Notes: generated by a model not told the origin, from the letters alone. A DNA stretch of 64,000 nt from a virus (IMGVR_UViG_3300015371_000011:17480-81479); one strand, 5' to 3'. Shown: positions 9,338 through 20,248, counted from the stretch's first letter. A program made the numbers and translations.

Positions 9338-9691
9338 CTATATTAATCCCTTAGCCTTGATTTCCCGCATACTTACCTGCTTGGGCTTTACCGCCTTGTA
9401 AACTTCAACCAACGGTTTATCTAAATCCTTGCTAGTTATCTTTTTGTCTACCAATCCAATAAATACTAAATCCTGGGTCCGTCGCACTAAAGCATTGAGC
9501 CAACTGACACCATCATCTCTGGTACAATCCACATCGGTAGCCCACCTGCGCTTTCTATCCATCACGATTTCAATCGTCTCGACTCCCAATTGATCGTTGT
9601 AGCTATACCGCTCGACGTATCCACGCTTGATACCCCAAGACTGCATAATGGCGGTAAGCGGTATGTCTTTTCTCATATGTTGGGATCCCAT
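9338..9691 (-). CDS. hypothetical protein
   Basis: 117 aa, in operon. Confidence 0.5.
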   Translation of the reverse strand: MGSQHMRKDIPLTAIMQSWGIKRGYVERYSYNDQLGVETIEIVMDRKRRWATDVDCTRDDGVSWLNALVRRTQDLVFIGLVDKKITSKDLDKPLVEVYKAVKPKQVSMREIKAKGLI

Positions 9692-9900
9692 ACTGGCGGC
9701 GGGGGAGCTGGAGGCGGCGGCTTACGCTGTACTACTTCGCCGTCTACGGTAAGAGCTAATGTGTGATTATCGCAGTATATCTGATCGCCAAGCATCACCC
9801 AGCCATCGGGCACGCTCGGCGTATGCCTATACCATTGGCGCTTGAAACCGCACTTGTCGCAGATATAAGTCGAGCCTGGCTGAAACCCCATTTGCGCCAC
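9673..9900 (-). CDS. small Zn-ribbon-like protein
   Basis: CDKC...CDNH. Confidence 0.5.
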   Translation of the reverse strand: MAQMGFQPGSTYICDKCGFKRQWYRHTPSVPDGWVMLGDQIYCDNHTLALTVDGEVVQRKPPPPAPPPPVWDPNI

Positions 9901-11409
9901 TCATATCACGTTTGCACTAGTAATAGTATTCTCCAACAACCGCCTCTTCAAATCGTGGCCGAGCATAAAGCCAATCTCCATGATTGCCCGCGGCCCAAAC
10001 TTGCCTAACACATAGGCGCGATACGACTCGTCACTAAAATACCGCTTGAATGCATAATCCCTAAACGCCAGTACTTCTTCTGGCAGCAGGTACTTGGTCC
10101 CTAACGGCTCGTGCTCGTAACTGTGAAACGACCAGGCCAGCCAGTCTTTCGGTGGTGTCCAGCCTTGCTTGATTTTGTCATTCCAGAGTTGGCTACCAGG
10201 GAAGGCCACGGTGCAATACATATTCACGTATTCTGTCTTTAATTCGAGCGCAAGCTGCAGCGTGTCATTCATGGATTCTAGTGTGTCGTTAGGCAGGCCA
10301 AACATATAATTGGCAATGATATTTATGCCGTGCTGCTTAATGCGATTCACGGTGTCGATAATATCGTCACGACCATAGTCGCCCTTGTCTACACCGTCGC
10401 GTACCTCATCGGACACGGATTCAATTCCCAGACACAGCCACTTGAATCCGGCTTGCCGCATTTTATCCAGGAATCTGTCTTTGGTCTGATCAACACGGCC
10501 GTAACACCACAGGTTGAGCCTGTCACCGTAACGCTCTCTAATCCCGTCGCAAATGGATTCCACATGGTGCGGTTGCAGCACGAACATCTCATCATTAATT
10601 CGTATATTGGTAACGCCATAAGTCTCCACCAGTATGTCTAGCTCACGCATGACGGACGGCGCCGACCACATGCGATACATATTCACGCCGTCACGCCTAG
10701 TCGCTAGCTTGTTGCCTTCGCTAAATGGCGAATTAATCATGCAAAATGAGCACGCAAACGGGCAGCCGAGTGACGTGTAGATCGATGCGTATGGCGTGCG
10801 CTCGAAGTTATTCGTCCAGGCGTGGTGCGCGTAGGAGCGATAGCGGGCCATCGGCAGCAAATCCCAGCAATCGCCGGGCATGTCGTGGTCGAGGTCTTGG
10901 ACGTTAGGAGCGTGTTGCGGTGATTCACTCGGCACCACGCCGCGCACCGTACCTGCCAAACCTTTCAGCTTGCACACCATATCAAACACGCTAATCGGCC
11001 CTTCGCCCGTACAAACATAATCCGCACCCGTTTCACGCAAACTTTGATAAGGCAATGCCGCTGGATGACCGCCTATCAGCATTATAGGCATATCTGGCAT
11101 GACAGCCTTAAGCGCTTTAACCGTGGCCGCAGCCGCTGGCATTTTCTGCGTGCTGGCCGATGGCTGTGTACCGTGCACTATCACGCATACGAGCTTCGGT
11201 TGGAGGTGGCTTGCTAGCCTAGCCACAGTCTCGGCGTCATAGCCCATCGCCTCGGCGTCCAATATCATCACACTGATGTTTTTACGGCGCAGATATGACG
11301 CGATCAGGCGGCAGTGGATAGGCGGCTCGATGGCCGTTAAGCCTGCGCCCGTCAAGCCTTGAAAGACTTTATGCGGCTCGCCTGGATTGATGAGGATAAC
11401 GTCAGCCAT
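9901..11409 (-). CDS. B12-binding radical SAM enzyme
   Basis: N-terminal cobalamin domain (IGGHPAALP, GEG), TSLGCPFACSFC, LGIES, NYMFGLP. Confidence 0.9.
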   Translation of the reverse strand: MADVILINPGEPHKVFQGLTGAGLTAIEPPIHCRLIASYLRRKNISVMILDAEAMGYDAETVARLASHLQPKLVCVIVHGTQPSASTQKMPAAAATVKALKAVMPDMPIMLIGGHPAALPYQSLRETGADYVCTGEGPISVFDMVCKLKGLAGTVRGVVPSESPQHAPNVQDLDHDMPGDCWDLLPMARYRSYAHHAWTNNFERTPYASIYTSLGCPFACSFCMINSPFSEGNKLATRRDGVNMYRMWSAPSVMRELDILVETYGVTNIRINDEMFVLQPHHVESICDGIRERYGDRLNLWCYGRVDQTKDRFLDKMRQAGFKWLCLGIESVSDEVRDGVDKGDYGRDDIIDTVNRIKQHGINIIANYMFGLPNDTLESMNDTLQLALELKTEYVNMYCTVAFPGSQLWNDKIKQGWTPPKDWLAWSFHSYEHEPLGTKYLLPEEVLAFRDYAFKRYFSDESYRAYVLGKFGPRAIMEIGFMLGHDLKRRLLENTITSANVI

Positions 11410-12307
11410 GCCGCTCTGCCCATTTCAGAAAATAGCCCGTCGGGTCACGAAAGAATTTCTGCACCACATTGACAAAATACTGCCGCGCATTGCGTGAATC
11501 ACTAGTCGGCTCAATGTGCAATATGCGCTCAAACTCGTTATGCATCTCCCAATCCGTCGCCCTAGTTGATACCTGATAGATAAAGTCCAACGGCTCGTCA
11601 TCTTCGGCCAATATCGGCGAGTCCGCAATCACAATCGGCACACGGCCAAACGCGCACGCCTCATACAGCCGTGCCGTATGGTGGCCCGCACCACCTGGAC
11701 ACAGGCAAAACGCGTTATCAAGCATGCCCTGAATGTAACTTGCCGCAATCTCGTGCTGCGGCGGCACCACCGCGCCCCAGAATTGATTCGTCTTGATCTC
11801 GGCAGGCAGCCCCTTACATGCGTCAATCATACGCTGGCGCAGGCCGTTCGGCTCAGGCTGGCCATTGAAATACAGGCGCCTGAGTGGCGGCGATGTCCAT
11901 TCGGGTGCGCCATCGTCTACGAGTTGCATGAGTAGTCGGCTACACGGCGGACGTGCCATAAAGCGCCAGCCTTGCTGCACTTTCCCTGCGCGGCTGTAGG
12001 CATTCATGACGATGAGCGTTGCAGGCTTCAGCCATTCGGGCCATTCAATGCACCACCAATCACCCTCTAAATCAAAAATGTGCTTGCGCTCACGACCTTT
12101 ATAGTGCTCAAAACGATTCGGGTGCAGCAAGAACGCCACGTTATTGTGGTAGCGGCCGCACCAAAACCAATCCGCGGCGCCAGGGTCGGTTGTCACGGCA
12201 AAGTGCGCGTCCACGTCGGCCTGATTAGCAAATGGCCAGCGCTCGAATCCCTGCGTGGGATACTTGTCAACGAGGGCGTCAGGGTAAATGAATAGCTTAG
12301 GCTTCAA
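11402..12307 (-). CDS. exostosin-like (GT47) glycosyltransferase
   Basis: LYFNG...LRQRM...FCLCPGGAG..TARLYEACAFGRVPIVIAD. Confidence 0.75.
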   Translation of the reverse strand: MKPKLFIYPDALVDKYPTQGFERWPFANQADVDAHFAVTTDPGAADWFWCGRYHNNVAFLLHPNRFEHYKGRERKHIFDLEGDWWCIEWPEWLKPATLIVMNAYSRAGKVQQGWRFMARPPCSRLLMQLVDDGAPEWTSPPLRRLYFNGQPEPNGLRQRMIDACKGLPAEIKTNQFWGAVVPPQHEIAASYIQGMLDNAFCLCPGGAGHHTARLYEACAFGRVPIVIADSPILAEDDEPLDFIYQVSTRATDWEMHNEFERILHIEPTSDSRNARQYFVNVVQKFFRDPTGYFLKWAERHG

Positions 12308-12694
12308 TTTTTACGTCGCCACGTTTCTCCACACACATTACAGCGCCAGTATTCAGCGTGGTTAGGATCGCCTATGTCCTTTAACAAAGCTACCAAACAA
12401 CTTGTAAATGCATCGCACTTTGGACAGAACTGCTCTTCAGGTAAACCAAATGGATTGTCACGCTCTGCCTTTAGGGCTTCACTTTTCTTTCTCATACGGC
12501 GCCAGCGCCCGCTCCGACATCACTTCTTCTATAAACTCGCCATCACGCAGCGCTTTGATTGCGCACAGATAACAGGCATACACCATATTACGCGCATCAC
12601 GGTAACGGATACGCCAGCACGCGGGTTTGGCCCCGCATATTTCACAGACAAGACGCGTGTCACCTCCACTATAAGAAAACGCTGCGGTATTCAT
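12304..12694 (-). CDS. two small Zn-finger proteins (12304-12495, 12479-12694)
   Basis: CPKC...CNVC and CEIC...CYLC. Confidence 0.5.
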
Positions 12695-12703
12695 TCATCC
12701 CTT

Positions 12704-13582
12704 TCATTCCCATGCCCCCCACGGCGACGGCGTGCGCACCGATTCACGCCCCTCTCGTATTGCCGCTATGCGCTCCACAAACATGCGGTGGTTATCCTCG
12801 GCGCTTCGCTGCCACGGCTTGACAATCGAGTGCGCCAACCGCGGCAGGCCATAAACGCCAATCTTGTAGTTGCACGTCGGCAACAAGCAAAATTTCCAAC
12901 CTACCATCTCCGCCCTGATACCAATATGAATATCCTGTGACGCATAGCCGCCGTCAAATCTCTCATCCCAGCCATTGATTTCCTTCAGCACGGCTAGCGG
13001 TATCGAATCATTAAGGCTCGCATACCATTTATCGCCCGGCATGCGAAACATTTCAGTCTCGCCTATGCGCTCGCCCTGCATGCCGCCTTTGCGCTCGCGA
13101 TAAACAGGCTCGACACAATCAAAGTAATGCCGCGCACGCTCGGCGGTAAACTCATCGGTAAACGACGTCCACCAGACATCTTCAATCTCTTTCGAGTCAT
13201 TCATCGCCGGCCACGGATAGCGGTCCAAATAACCGCTGGCCGAGTAACCAGACAGATTCTTGTAGATATTCCAATGATCACGCAGGTAATACGGGTAGGC
13301 CCAGATATAATCGTTGAGAAAACAAATCAGCTCGCCCTCGGCATGGCGCAGGCCAGTATTCCAGCCTGCACAGTGGTCTATGTAATCGTGTGGCGTTGGC
13401 GGGACGTGCCTAAATGCAGGAATGAAATAATCATCTACAAACCTTTTGCGCGCTTCATGCCATTCATCGACATAAATCACTTCGAACTGTGGCGCATCTA
13501 CCTGTGCTTTCATCGAATTGATAAGCATGTCCAAGCCGCCGAGCGAGATTGTGGTGGTGATGACAGAGATGCTCATTGCCAA
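12704..13582 (-). CDS. GT2-family (GT-A) glycosyltransferase
   Basis: ISVIT, EVIYVD, NTGLRHAEGELICFLND, INGWDERFDGGYASQD. Confidence 0.85.
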   Translation of the reverse strand: MAMSISVITTTISLGGLDMLINSMKAQVDAPQFEVIYVDEWHEARKRFVDDYFIPAFRHVPPTPHDYIDHCAGWNTGLRHAEGELICFLNDYIWAYPYYLRDHWNIYKNLSGYSASGYLDRYPWPAMNDSKEIEDVWWTSFTDEFTAERARHYFDCVEPVYRERKGGMQGERIGETEMFRMPGDKWYASLNDSIPLAVLKEINGWDERFDGGYASQDIHIGIRAEMVGWKFCLLPTCNYKIGVYGLPRLAHSIVKPWQRSAEDNHRMFVERIAAIREGRESVRTPSPWGAWE

Positions 13583-14544
13583 TCTTCGCCTAGATAATCC
13601 TTGATGCGCTTCACCACGCCATCAACGGTAAGTCCGTACTTTTTGTGCGCCTCGTCCCTACCCCACGGCTCAAAGTGATACACGTCAGGTATGCCGACGC
13701 GCAGTAACGAATTAAGGTTGTCGGCATCATGCAGGACTTCGCTCACAATCGAGCCAAGGCCACCGCTCAAGAAATGTTCTTCTAGTGTGATGATATTTTT
13801 CTGGCCTACGTGCGCTAGAAATTCATCTTTATCAAAAGGCCATACCCGCGCCACATCGACTACGCCAAATTCTAATTTCTCCTTTAGAAAAAATTCGCTC
13901 ACCTTCAATGCCGTGTGCGTCATGATGCCTGACGAGACGATCCATGCATCACACTCGGACTTGCGCCAATTAGGATACAAAAACGTCAACGGCTTAAAGT
14001 CGTATTCGTCGGCCTTGTAGATATTCGGTATGCCTGCCCGATCAAATCTAATATATTTCGGCGTTAGCCGCTCATAGCTGAGTTTCGCCAATGCAGCGCC
14101 ACAGACTGAATCGGCTGGCGAGTATATCTCCAAGCCACAGCATGTGCGCATGATCGAAATGTCGTCCGCCGTATGATGCGACGGACCCATCTCCGCATAA
14201 GCATAGCCTGCACCCACACCAAGAATCGTAATAGGCAATTTCGAAGCACACACATCTAGCTTCACAAACTCATGGACATGACTGGTCGCAAACGGGGCGA
14301 TGCAGTACGTCCATACGCGTTTGCCTTCCTGCGCTAATCCAGATGCCATACCAATCATGTTTTGCTCGGCTATGCCTACCTGAATAAACTGGCGTGGCGT
14401 CTGCTCGACAAACTGATCGAGACTCGGTGCGCCATTGTCGGCGGTTATCAGAATGCAATTCGAGTCAGCTTTGAAAATATCGAATAGCGCATTGAAAAAG
14501 GCGTCGCGCTGGCCAATGATTCGCGGCGTTGCTTCGTAGCTCAT
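13573..14544 (-). CDS. transketolase C-terminal (pyrimidine-binding) subunit
   Basis: GIAEQNMIGMASGLA, GPSHH...D, YIRF, TLEEHFLSGGLGS. Confidence 0.92.
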   Translation of the reverse strand: MSYEATPRIIGQRDAFFNALFDIFKADSNCILITADNGAPSLDQFVEQTPRQFIQVGIAEQNMIGMASGLAQEGKRVWTYCIAPFATSHVHEFVKLDVCASKLPITILGVGAGYAYAEMGPSHHTADDISIMRTCCGLEIYSPADSVCGAALAKLSYERLTPKYIRFDRAGIPNIYKADEYDFKPLTFLYPNWRKSECDAWIVSSGIMTHTALKVSEFFLKEKLEFGVVDVARVWPFDKDEFLAHVGQKNIITLEEHFLSGGLGSIVSEVLHDADNLNSLLRVGIPDVYHFEPWGRDEAHKKYGLTVDGVVKRIKDYLGEDWQ

Positions 14545-15407
14545 TCCATGCCCAACTCTTTCTTGCTTTGCTCTAAGTCCGCGCCTAGGGGCGCTCTATA
14601 ATGCCAGAGCCGCACATCTTGCATTACGCTTGCCCCGTGGCCCTTGTCCGTATGCGCGATAACGCATAGCGGTTTGGTAATCAACGGCCAGTCACGAAAG
14701 CCTTCTAGCGACTTGAATATATCGTTGAAGTCATGCCCGTCACATTCTCTAATCTCACACCCAAATGCCGCTAGCTTATTTGCCAACGGGTCAAGGCCAG
14801 GCCCATCGGACGCATAGAGCAATTCATCGTGCATACCGATTGTCGCTTGCTTGTTGTTATCTACAATCAGAATCAGGTGGCCATACGCCCCTACCGCCGA
14901 CGACTCGTTGTATCGTCCACCCGCCGTGAATAGCGCCTCCCAATTGCTGCCCTCGTAAAGCTCGCCGTCACCGAGCAAGCAAAATATGAAATGCTTTTTG
15001 TTGGCAAGCCGTGCGGCGTGCGCCATGCCCAGGGCTATCGGCAAGCCATGCCCTAGCGATCCTGTCAGGACTTCAATCCCAGGCACGTTGTATTCAGCAT
15101 GCACGCCGAGAATGCCACCAGGGGATGCGAAGCGGTCTATCTCTTCTTCGCTGAAAAAACCCAAATCGGCTAGGATTGGATATAAGCCGAGTCCACCCTG
15201 CCCCTTTGAGAGAATGAATCTGTCACGCCCATCCCATTTCGGATTCTTCGGGTCTACGTTTAGAAGCCCACCGTAATAGAGCGCCACGGTCAACTCCATT
15301 TGCGAGAAGGCCGTGCTCACATGGCCCGACTCTTTTCTAACCGCCATCTCCAAAACCTGGCGCCGCATCTGGAGCGCCTTGCCTGCCAGAAACTCAACAT
15401 CAATCAC
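14541..15407 (-). CDS. transketolase N-terminal (TPP-binding) subunit
   Basis: RDRFILSKG, TGSLGHGL, GDGELYEGSNWEA...DNN, DGHD, HTDKGHG. Confidence 0.92.
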   Translation of the reverse strand: MIDVEFLAGKALQMRRQVLEMAVRKESGHVSTAFSQMELTVALYYGGLLNVDPKNPKWDGRDRFILSKGQGGLGLYPILADLGFFSEEEIDRFASPGGILGVHAEYNVPGIEVLTGSLGHGLPIALGMAHAARLANKKHFIFCLLGDGELYEGSNWEALFTAGGRYNESSAVGAYGHLILIVDNNKQATIGMHDELLYASDGPGLDPLANKLAAFGCEIRECDGHDFNDIFKSLEGFRDWPLITKPLCVIAHTDKGHGASVMQDVRLWHYRAPLGADLEQSKKELGME

Positions 15408-16344
15408 GATTCACCGCCTTTAATTCATCCACCAGCCATTCAAGGCTTTCAGTCAAACCAATCTTTGCCGTCCAGCCCGTCTCGATGCAAAACTTATCGC
15501 AATCGGGCACTGCGTAGAAAACATCCGTCGGCCGGCGCAGCGTCTCTTTCTCGTGCCACTCGGCATACACGGGCACAATGCGCCTTAGCTCGTCGGCTAT
15601 GCGCTGGATGCTGCACGGCTCCTCGCTACCGATATTGTAAACGCCCGGCCCGCATTTCGTGGCCGCGAGATAGTACGCCTTCACAATATCCCTCACATCA
15701 CAAAACGTACGCACGGGCGACAAATCGCCATGCTCAATCACATCCGTGTCGCCGCGTGAGAACTGCACGAGCTGATAGGCTAGCGACGTAGCCACCAGGT
15801 CGGGACGGCGCGGATTGATATAACCAAAGGCGCGCGTAATCACCAGCGGGAATCCTGCCATCATCGAATAGCAATTGGCGTAGTGCTCCTGACACGATTT
15901 CGTCACCGCATACGGGCTGCACGGATTGTGCGGCTGCTCTTCACGAATCGGGTTTTCTATCTGCGGCACATTGCCGTAAATCTCGGATGATGACGCCAAC
16001 ACTACCTTCGGCTTTAACCCGCTTTCGGCTATGGCGTGAAAGAGGTTAAGAGTACCGCCGACATTATTGGCTAGAAACAATTCAGGCTCAGCGAAACACC
16101 GCTTCACGTTGGCAATACCCGCCAAATGAATAATCACTTCGGGATTAGCGTTTTTTAAAGCACGAGCAATCTTTTCATTATCCGTTGCTAGATTTATTGG
16201 ATGTGAATAAACGTCAAGATACTTCGCCACTTCACCAGCTACAGGCTTGCGGCCGATGCCATACACCGTCTCGCCTGCCTCTTTTAGAAACTTGGCCTGA
16301 TAGTAGCCAACCGCGCCCGTGGCGCCGACGATAAGAAACCTCAC
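15400..16344 (-). CDS. NDP-sugar SDR, GDP-mannose 4,6-dehydratase / 4-keto-6-deoxy reductase family
   Basis: GATGAVG, IHLAG, SSSEIYG, SPYAVTK, GDLSPVRTFCDVRD. Confidence 0.85.
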   Translation of the reverse strand: MRFLIVGATGAVGYYQAKFLKEAGETVYGIGRKPVAGEVAKYLDVYSHPINLATDNEKIARALKNANPEVIIHLAGIANVKRCFAEPELFLANNVGGTLNLFHAIAESGLKPKVVLASSSEIYGNVPQIENPIREEQPHNPCSPYAVTKSCQEHYANCYSMMAGFPLVITRAFGYINPRRPDLVATSLAYQLVQFSRGDTDVIEHGDLSPVRTFCDVRDIVKAYYLAATKCGPGVYNIGSEEPCSIQRIADELRRIVPVYAEWHEKETLRRPTDVFYAVPDCDKFCIETGWTAKIGLTESLEWLVDELKAVNRD

Positions 16345-17312
16345 TTGCGCGCCACTCCCTGATTCTTTCTATACCAATCCACCGTCAACTTGAGTCCGTG
16401 ATGCAGGCTGGTGCGCGCCTCGAATCCCATATCACGCTTTGCCTTGCTCACGTCGAAACACCGCCGCGCCTGCCCGTTAGGCATGGTGTGGTCCCATGTA
16501 ATGCGGCCCTTAAAGCCTGTGATTTTCGCCAGCATCTTCACCACTTCGGCTATACTGTGCTCCTTGCCGCTCGATAGATTCACAATCTGCGGCTCGTCAT
16601 AGACTTCGGCAGCTTTCAATATCCCTTCGCAGACATCAGGCGCATAAATAAAATCGCGCGTAGCCGTGCCGTGGCCCCATAGGCTTAATACATCGGCGTT
16701 ATTGTCCACAGCCTCAACGAATCGACGCACCAATGCGGGTATGACGTGGCCCTGCTCCAGGTTAAACCAGTCGTGCGGCCCTTACAGATTGCCAGGTATC
16801 ACCACCACGCTAGGCAGACCGTACTGCGTATAAACGGCCTTGGCCTGCACGATTTGCATCCTTTTGGCTAACGAATACGGCGCGCTCTCTGGCTGCGGCA
16901 AGCCATTCCAGTAATCCTCTTCTTTGGTCGGTATAGGCGCATGCTCAGGATAGCCGCAGCCCGCCGATACTAGCACGGCTTTCTTGATGCCGTAGTCGTG
17001 CGCGTAATAGAGCAGGTGGGCGCTCATGGTCAGATTATCGTAAAAGAAATCCGCTGGCCGCTGCATGTTAGCGTTGATGCCGCCTACCAGGCCCGCCATG
17101 TGCACGAGCACCGTCGGCACCCGCTTAGTGTGGTGGTTGATATACAATTCTTCAACCTGATTCGCGTCTCTCAAGTCGTAAGCCTCGTGGCTAGGCCCAA
17201 CGATATACGCTTTGCGGTGCAGGCAGCGCATGGTGCGCTGAAAGTTTCTTCCAAGAAACCCTGCGGACCCTGTTAATAAAGTTTGGTGCTCGTCCCAGTT
17301 AAACATGGCCAC
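16341..17312 (-). pseudogene. fcl: GDP-L-fucose synthase-like reductase with in-frame TAA at 16782-16784
   Basis: VGGINAN..PADF, YSLAKR, then IPGNL*GPHDWFNLEQGHVIPALVRR continues in frame to WGHGTATRDFIY; TAA stands where the Tyr of NLYGP is expected. Confidence 0.85.
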
Positions 17313-17347
17313 CTAACCGAAACGGCGCGCCTTCGACGCCGACGCGC

Positions 17348-17536
17348 CTAGCCTCGGTGAATTTTCTCGGCTTCCTCCTTTGTGTTTATTTTCTTCTCTG
17401 ACACACCCGACATCTGAGCGCGTAGCCAATTGTCGTAGACTTCAAGCAGCATCACCTCGACGCCATTCGGCCATATCCCCTTTTGCGCACAGTGCTCCAG
17501 AAAGGCTTGCAGGCGGTCGCTAAAGCGTTGGCTCAT
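17348..17536 (-). CDS. hypothetical protein
   Basis: 62 aa, in operon. Confidence 0.45.
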   Translation of the reverse strand: MSQRFSDRLQAFLEHCAQKGIWPNGVEVMLLEVYDNWLRAQMSGVSEKKINTKEEAEKIHRG

Positions 17537-17538
17537 GA

Positions 17539-17916
17539 TTAAAACCTCTTGCCGCCTGCAAAGTTTAAAGGGATTTTGTGCTTAACGCTTTTCCATGCAA
17601 CCAAGCGGTCGGGTGCCCATGAGTACCAGATATAAACTTCAAGAATGTTATTCTGCTCAAGCAAGTCGAAAGTCCGCGCCTGATTCGGAGAAACGCTATC
17701 GTTTGGTCCTTTGACTTCAACGCCAATCGTCTTGCCGTTAAACCGCACTAAAAAATCAGGCCAGCTAGGACGATGGACCACCGTCCAATTATGGATATGC
17801 GCACGCTTGACAAAATCTTGCTCAGCAGGCACTAGCCGTTCAGGTATAACTTTAAAATTCTTTGCCTTTTTGATTTCCTTAGCGATGAATTTTCGCAAGC
17901 TAGGACTCAGGCTCAT
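17539..17916 (-). CDS. VRR-NUC-like PD-(D/E)XK nuclease
   Basis: WPDF...VEVKGPNDSVSPNQ. Confidence 0.75.
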   Translation of the reverse strand: MSLSPSLRKFIAKEIKKAKNFKVIPERLVPAEQDFVKRAHIHNWTVVHRPSWPDFLVRFNGKTIGVEVKGPNDSVSPNQARTFDLLEQNNILEVYIWYSWAPDRLVAWKSVKHKIPLNFAGGKRF

Positions 17917-18149
17917 TGATTCTCTCCGTTCTTAACAAGCCGCCCCATTACGCGATGAAACTCAAGACTCCACTTGCCATATTCTTTTACCCGCGAATAA
18001 ACCTCGTCCGCTAGTTTCTCGGCACGCGGTATTAGGCTATTGCGCCAGTCGATATAGTCACAGTTATGGACGTGCAAATCATTGCGCAGAACGGGTTGAC
18101 CGTTGCGATATTCAATCTTGCCCTCGGCACAGCTACAAAACACAGTCAT
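17913..18149 (-). CDS. hypothetical protein
   Basis: 78 aa, coupled. Confidence 0.5.
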   Translation of the reverse strand: MTVFCSCAEGKIEYRNGQPVLRNDLHVHNCDYIDWRNSLIPRAEKLADEVYSRVKEYGKWSLEFHRVMGRLVKNGENQ

Positions 18150-19134
18150 TGGTAATAGCTTTCTCCGTCATCACAATCCTTGTCCCCTCTTTATGCACAT
18201 CCCAGCGGTTAAACCGCATGCCATAGTGAAAATGATCGACATACGGTATCTCGTATTGCGGCGGCGACTCCACGCGTATCGACAGGCCAGCCGTGTACTG
18301 ATCCTTGATCATAGCCCGTATCCCGCTGTTGTCGCCCACGTATGGCGGGCCGTAATCGCCGTCAGCCAGAATGAATGCCATATCGCGCCTATCGGCATCG
18401 TCAAACTTGACGCTGCGCTCATTGAGCACCTTATAGCCCGCCGCCTTTAATAGCGTGGACATCGACTCCCACGTAAAATTGCACTTATGCGCGAAATAGA
18501 AGGCGTCGCTCCAGTTTATAATTTGAAACGCGTGCGGCACCTCTAGGTAAACAATACCCTTCGGCTTCAGTATGGACTTCAAGCCGCGCATGACGGCGAG
18601 CGGGTCGCGGCAATGCTCTAGGACGTGCGACATGACGACTAGGTTGAAATCCAGCAGCCGCTCTTCACATAACTGCTCGATAGTTGTGCCATCGCCCATC
18701 GGCTCCACGCCGCACACGTCCAGATAGCCCGCCTCCTTAAACGCGTCCACGCCCTCATAGCTAGCCGCGCCAACGTCAAGAATATGGGCATTATGCTTCA
18801 CGTATGGTGCCACCATCTCGGCGCGTTTACGGTAGGCGGCAAACCTAGCCGCGCTATACGGCCGCTTATACGGCGGCTGCAATTCGGCCATGCGGGTAAA
18901 CCAATCGTCGGTAGGCGATAACGCGCGCCAGCTAAACGTGCATTGCTTGCAAATCACCGTCTGGTGCACGCATAAACGGCCGATATAGACACTTGCCGCC
19001 TCATCGAAGGCACTCACACCGCATATCGCGCACGAGCCGCGAAACACCAAATCGGCGTGCGCAATCGGATAGCGCGTTACTGGCTCGGCGGCGATGGCGG
19101 CTAAGCGGGCATCTTTGAAGTCGTGGGTTAACAT
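18133..19134 (-). CDS. class I SAM methyltransferase with N-terminal Zn ribbon (sugar-MTase-like)
   Basis: CAIC...CKQC, ILDVGA, MSHVLEH..DP, LKPKGIVYLEVP. Confidence 0.85.
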   Translation of the reverse strand: MLTHDFKDARLAAIAAEPVTRYPIAHADLVFRGSCAICGVSAFDEAASVYIGRLCVHQTVICKQCTFSWRALSPTDDWFTRMAELQPPYKRPYSAARFAAYRKRAEMVAPYVKHNAHILDVGAASYEGVDAFKEAGYLDVCGVEPMGDGTTIEQLCEERLLDFNLVVMSHVLEHCRDPLAVMRGLKSILKPKGIVYLEVPHAFQIINWSDAFYFAHKCNFTWESMSTLLKAAGYKVLNERSVKFDDADRRDMAFILADGDYGPPYVGDNSGIRAMIKDQYTAGLSIRVESPPQYEIPYVDHFHYGMRFNRWDVHKEGTRIVMTEKAITNDCVL

Positions 19135-19264
19135 TTTTTCATATACACGAATCGGCTGGCCTTGGAGCAGTAGCCTTTATAGCCGCGCTTGGTCATAAAA
19201 CTTCTATCCACACGGCGGCGCATATCACGCCTGATTATCTCGCCGCACTTTGGACACAATAACT

Positions 19265-20248
19265 TCACGCCAACCCCGCAATCCGAAACATGCCCTTCCA
19301 GAATTGCCGCCCGTCAAATATCTCTTTGGCCTTTTTCGCGCCTGCCTCGGCTATCCTTGCCGCCTCATTTTGCCCTGGCCCTAAATAGTATTTGAGTCTA
19401 TCCACCAGCGTTGATGCGCCCTCGAAGCCAATGGCACCATTAGCCAGCAAGTGAAACGGCTCGCTGAATTTTACGTAATGCTTGAATTCATCTAATAGGC
19501 GCGGCGTCTCGTCGTTCGCGCTCTCCATCAACATTGCGCCGCATAAAGTCGCCTCAGACGTCCTGCCATTTAGGTGCTGAAACGTGACGGCACTGGTGAA
19601 ATTTAGCGTAATCTTGGATCGGCGCAGCAACCACGCATAGGCGTCGATGCTATCCACTTTCTGCCCGACGATGCCGCCGCCGCGAGTCACGGCTATGCCC
19701 ATACCATCAAGCCAGCCGAGATTGAGCGCACGGTCGAGACGGCCCGACGTACTGCCGATAAAGCTCAGCGGTATGTCGCGCTCGCCAAACGGCGCAGAAT
19801 AGAATATGCGCGGGTCTTTCGGCTCAGGCAGCCAAAACGTCTTGTCGGCAAACGACGTGAATTGTTTCCAGTGCTCGGCGGTATCGACAAACACATTGGC
19901 CGTGACGTGTGGCGCATACATATCGGCGTGCAGCACCACATTCGGCGCGCTCTCTAGCCACAGGCCAATGACGGGTATCTTGTAGCGGTCGCGCAGAAAG
20001 CGAAACAACTCAGGCTCGATATTGCCCGCAAAATTCACTAGCGGCGTTGCCACAATCAAGTCTGGATTCCAACCGCTGGCATACGCGGCCAGCGCCTTGT
20101 GGCCGTCCTCACTCACGTCAAACCAGTAGCGCTTAATATCAAATCCCAGCGCCTCGGCTGCACCGATTGAGCAATACTCGTGCGGTGATTGGCGTAAGTC
20201 GCTCTCATAGCCGTGCATCGTTTTGTGCGTGGCGAATAGGATTTTCAT
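19265..20248 (-). CDS. GT-B glycosyltransferase (CgeB / Glyco_trans_1_2-like)
   Basis: LSFIGS...R, RSKITLNF...GRTSEATLCGAML...IAEAG; ATGA-coupled start MKILF at 20248. Confidence 0.8.
   Translation of the reverse strand: MKILFATHKTMHGYESDLRQSPHEYCSIGAAEALGFDIKRYWFDVSEDGHKALAAYASGWNPDLIVATPLVNFAGNIEPELFRFLRDRYKIPVIGLWLESAPNVVLHADMYAPHVTANVFVDTAEHWKQFTSFADKTFWLPEPKDPRIFYSAPFGERDIPLSFIGSTSGRLDRALNLGWLDGMGIAVTRGGGIVGQKVDSIDAYAWLLRRSKITLNFTSAVTFQHLNGRTSEATLCGAMLMESANDETPRLLDEFKHYVKFSEPFHLLANGAIGFEGASTLVDRLKYYLGPGQNEAARIAEAGAKKAKEIFDGRQFWKGMFRIAGLA

Noticed and set aside
13573-15407. Transketolase as a pentose-phosphate auxiliary metabolic gene
   Set aside because: The split form among NDP-sugar enzymes fits glycan biosynthesis better
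16782-16784. Alternative genetic code or stop reassignment
   Set aside because: Only one in-frame stop was found; TAA, TAG and TGA all end genes normally elsewhere
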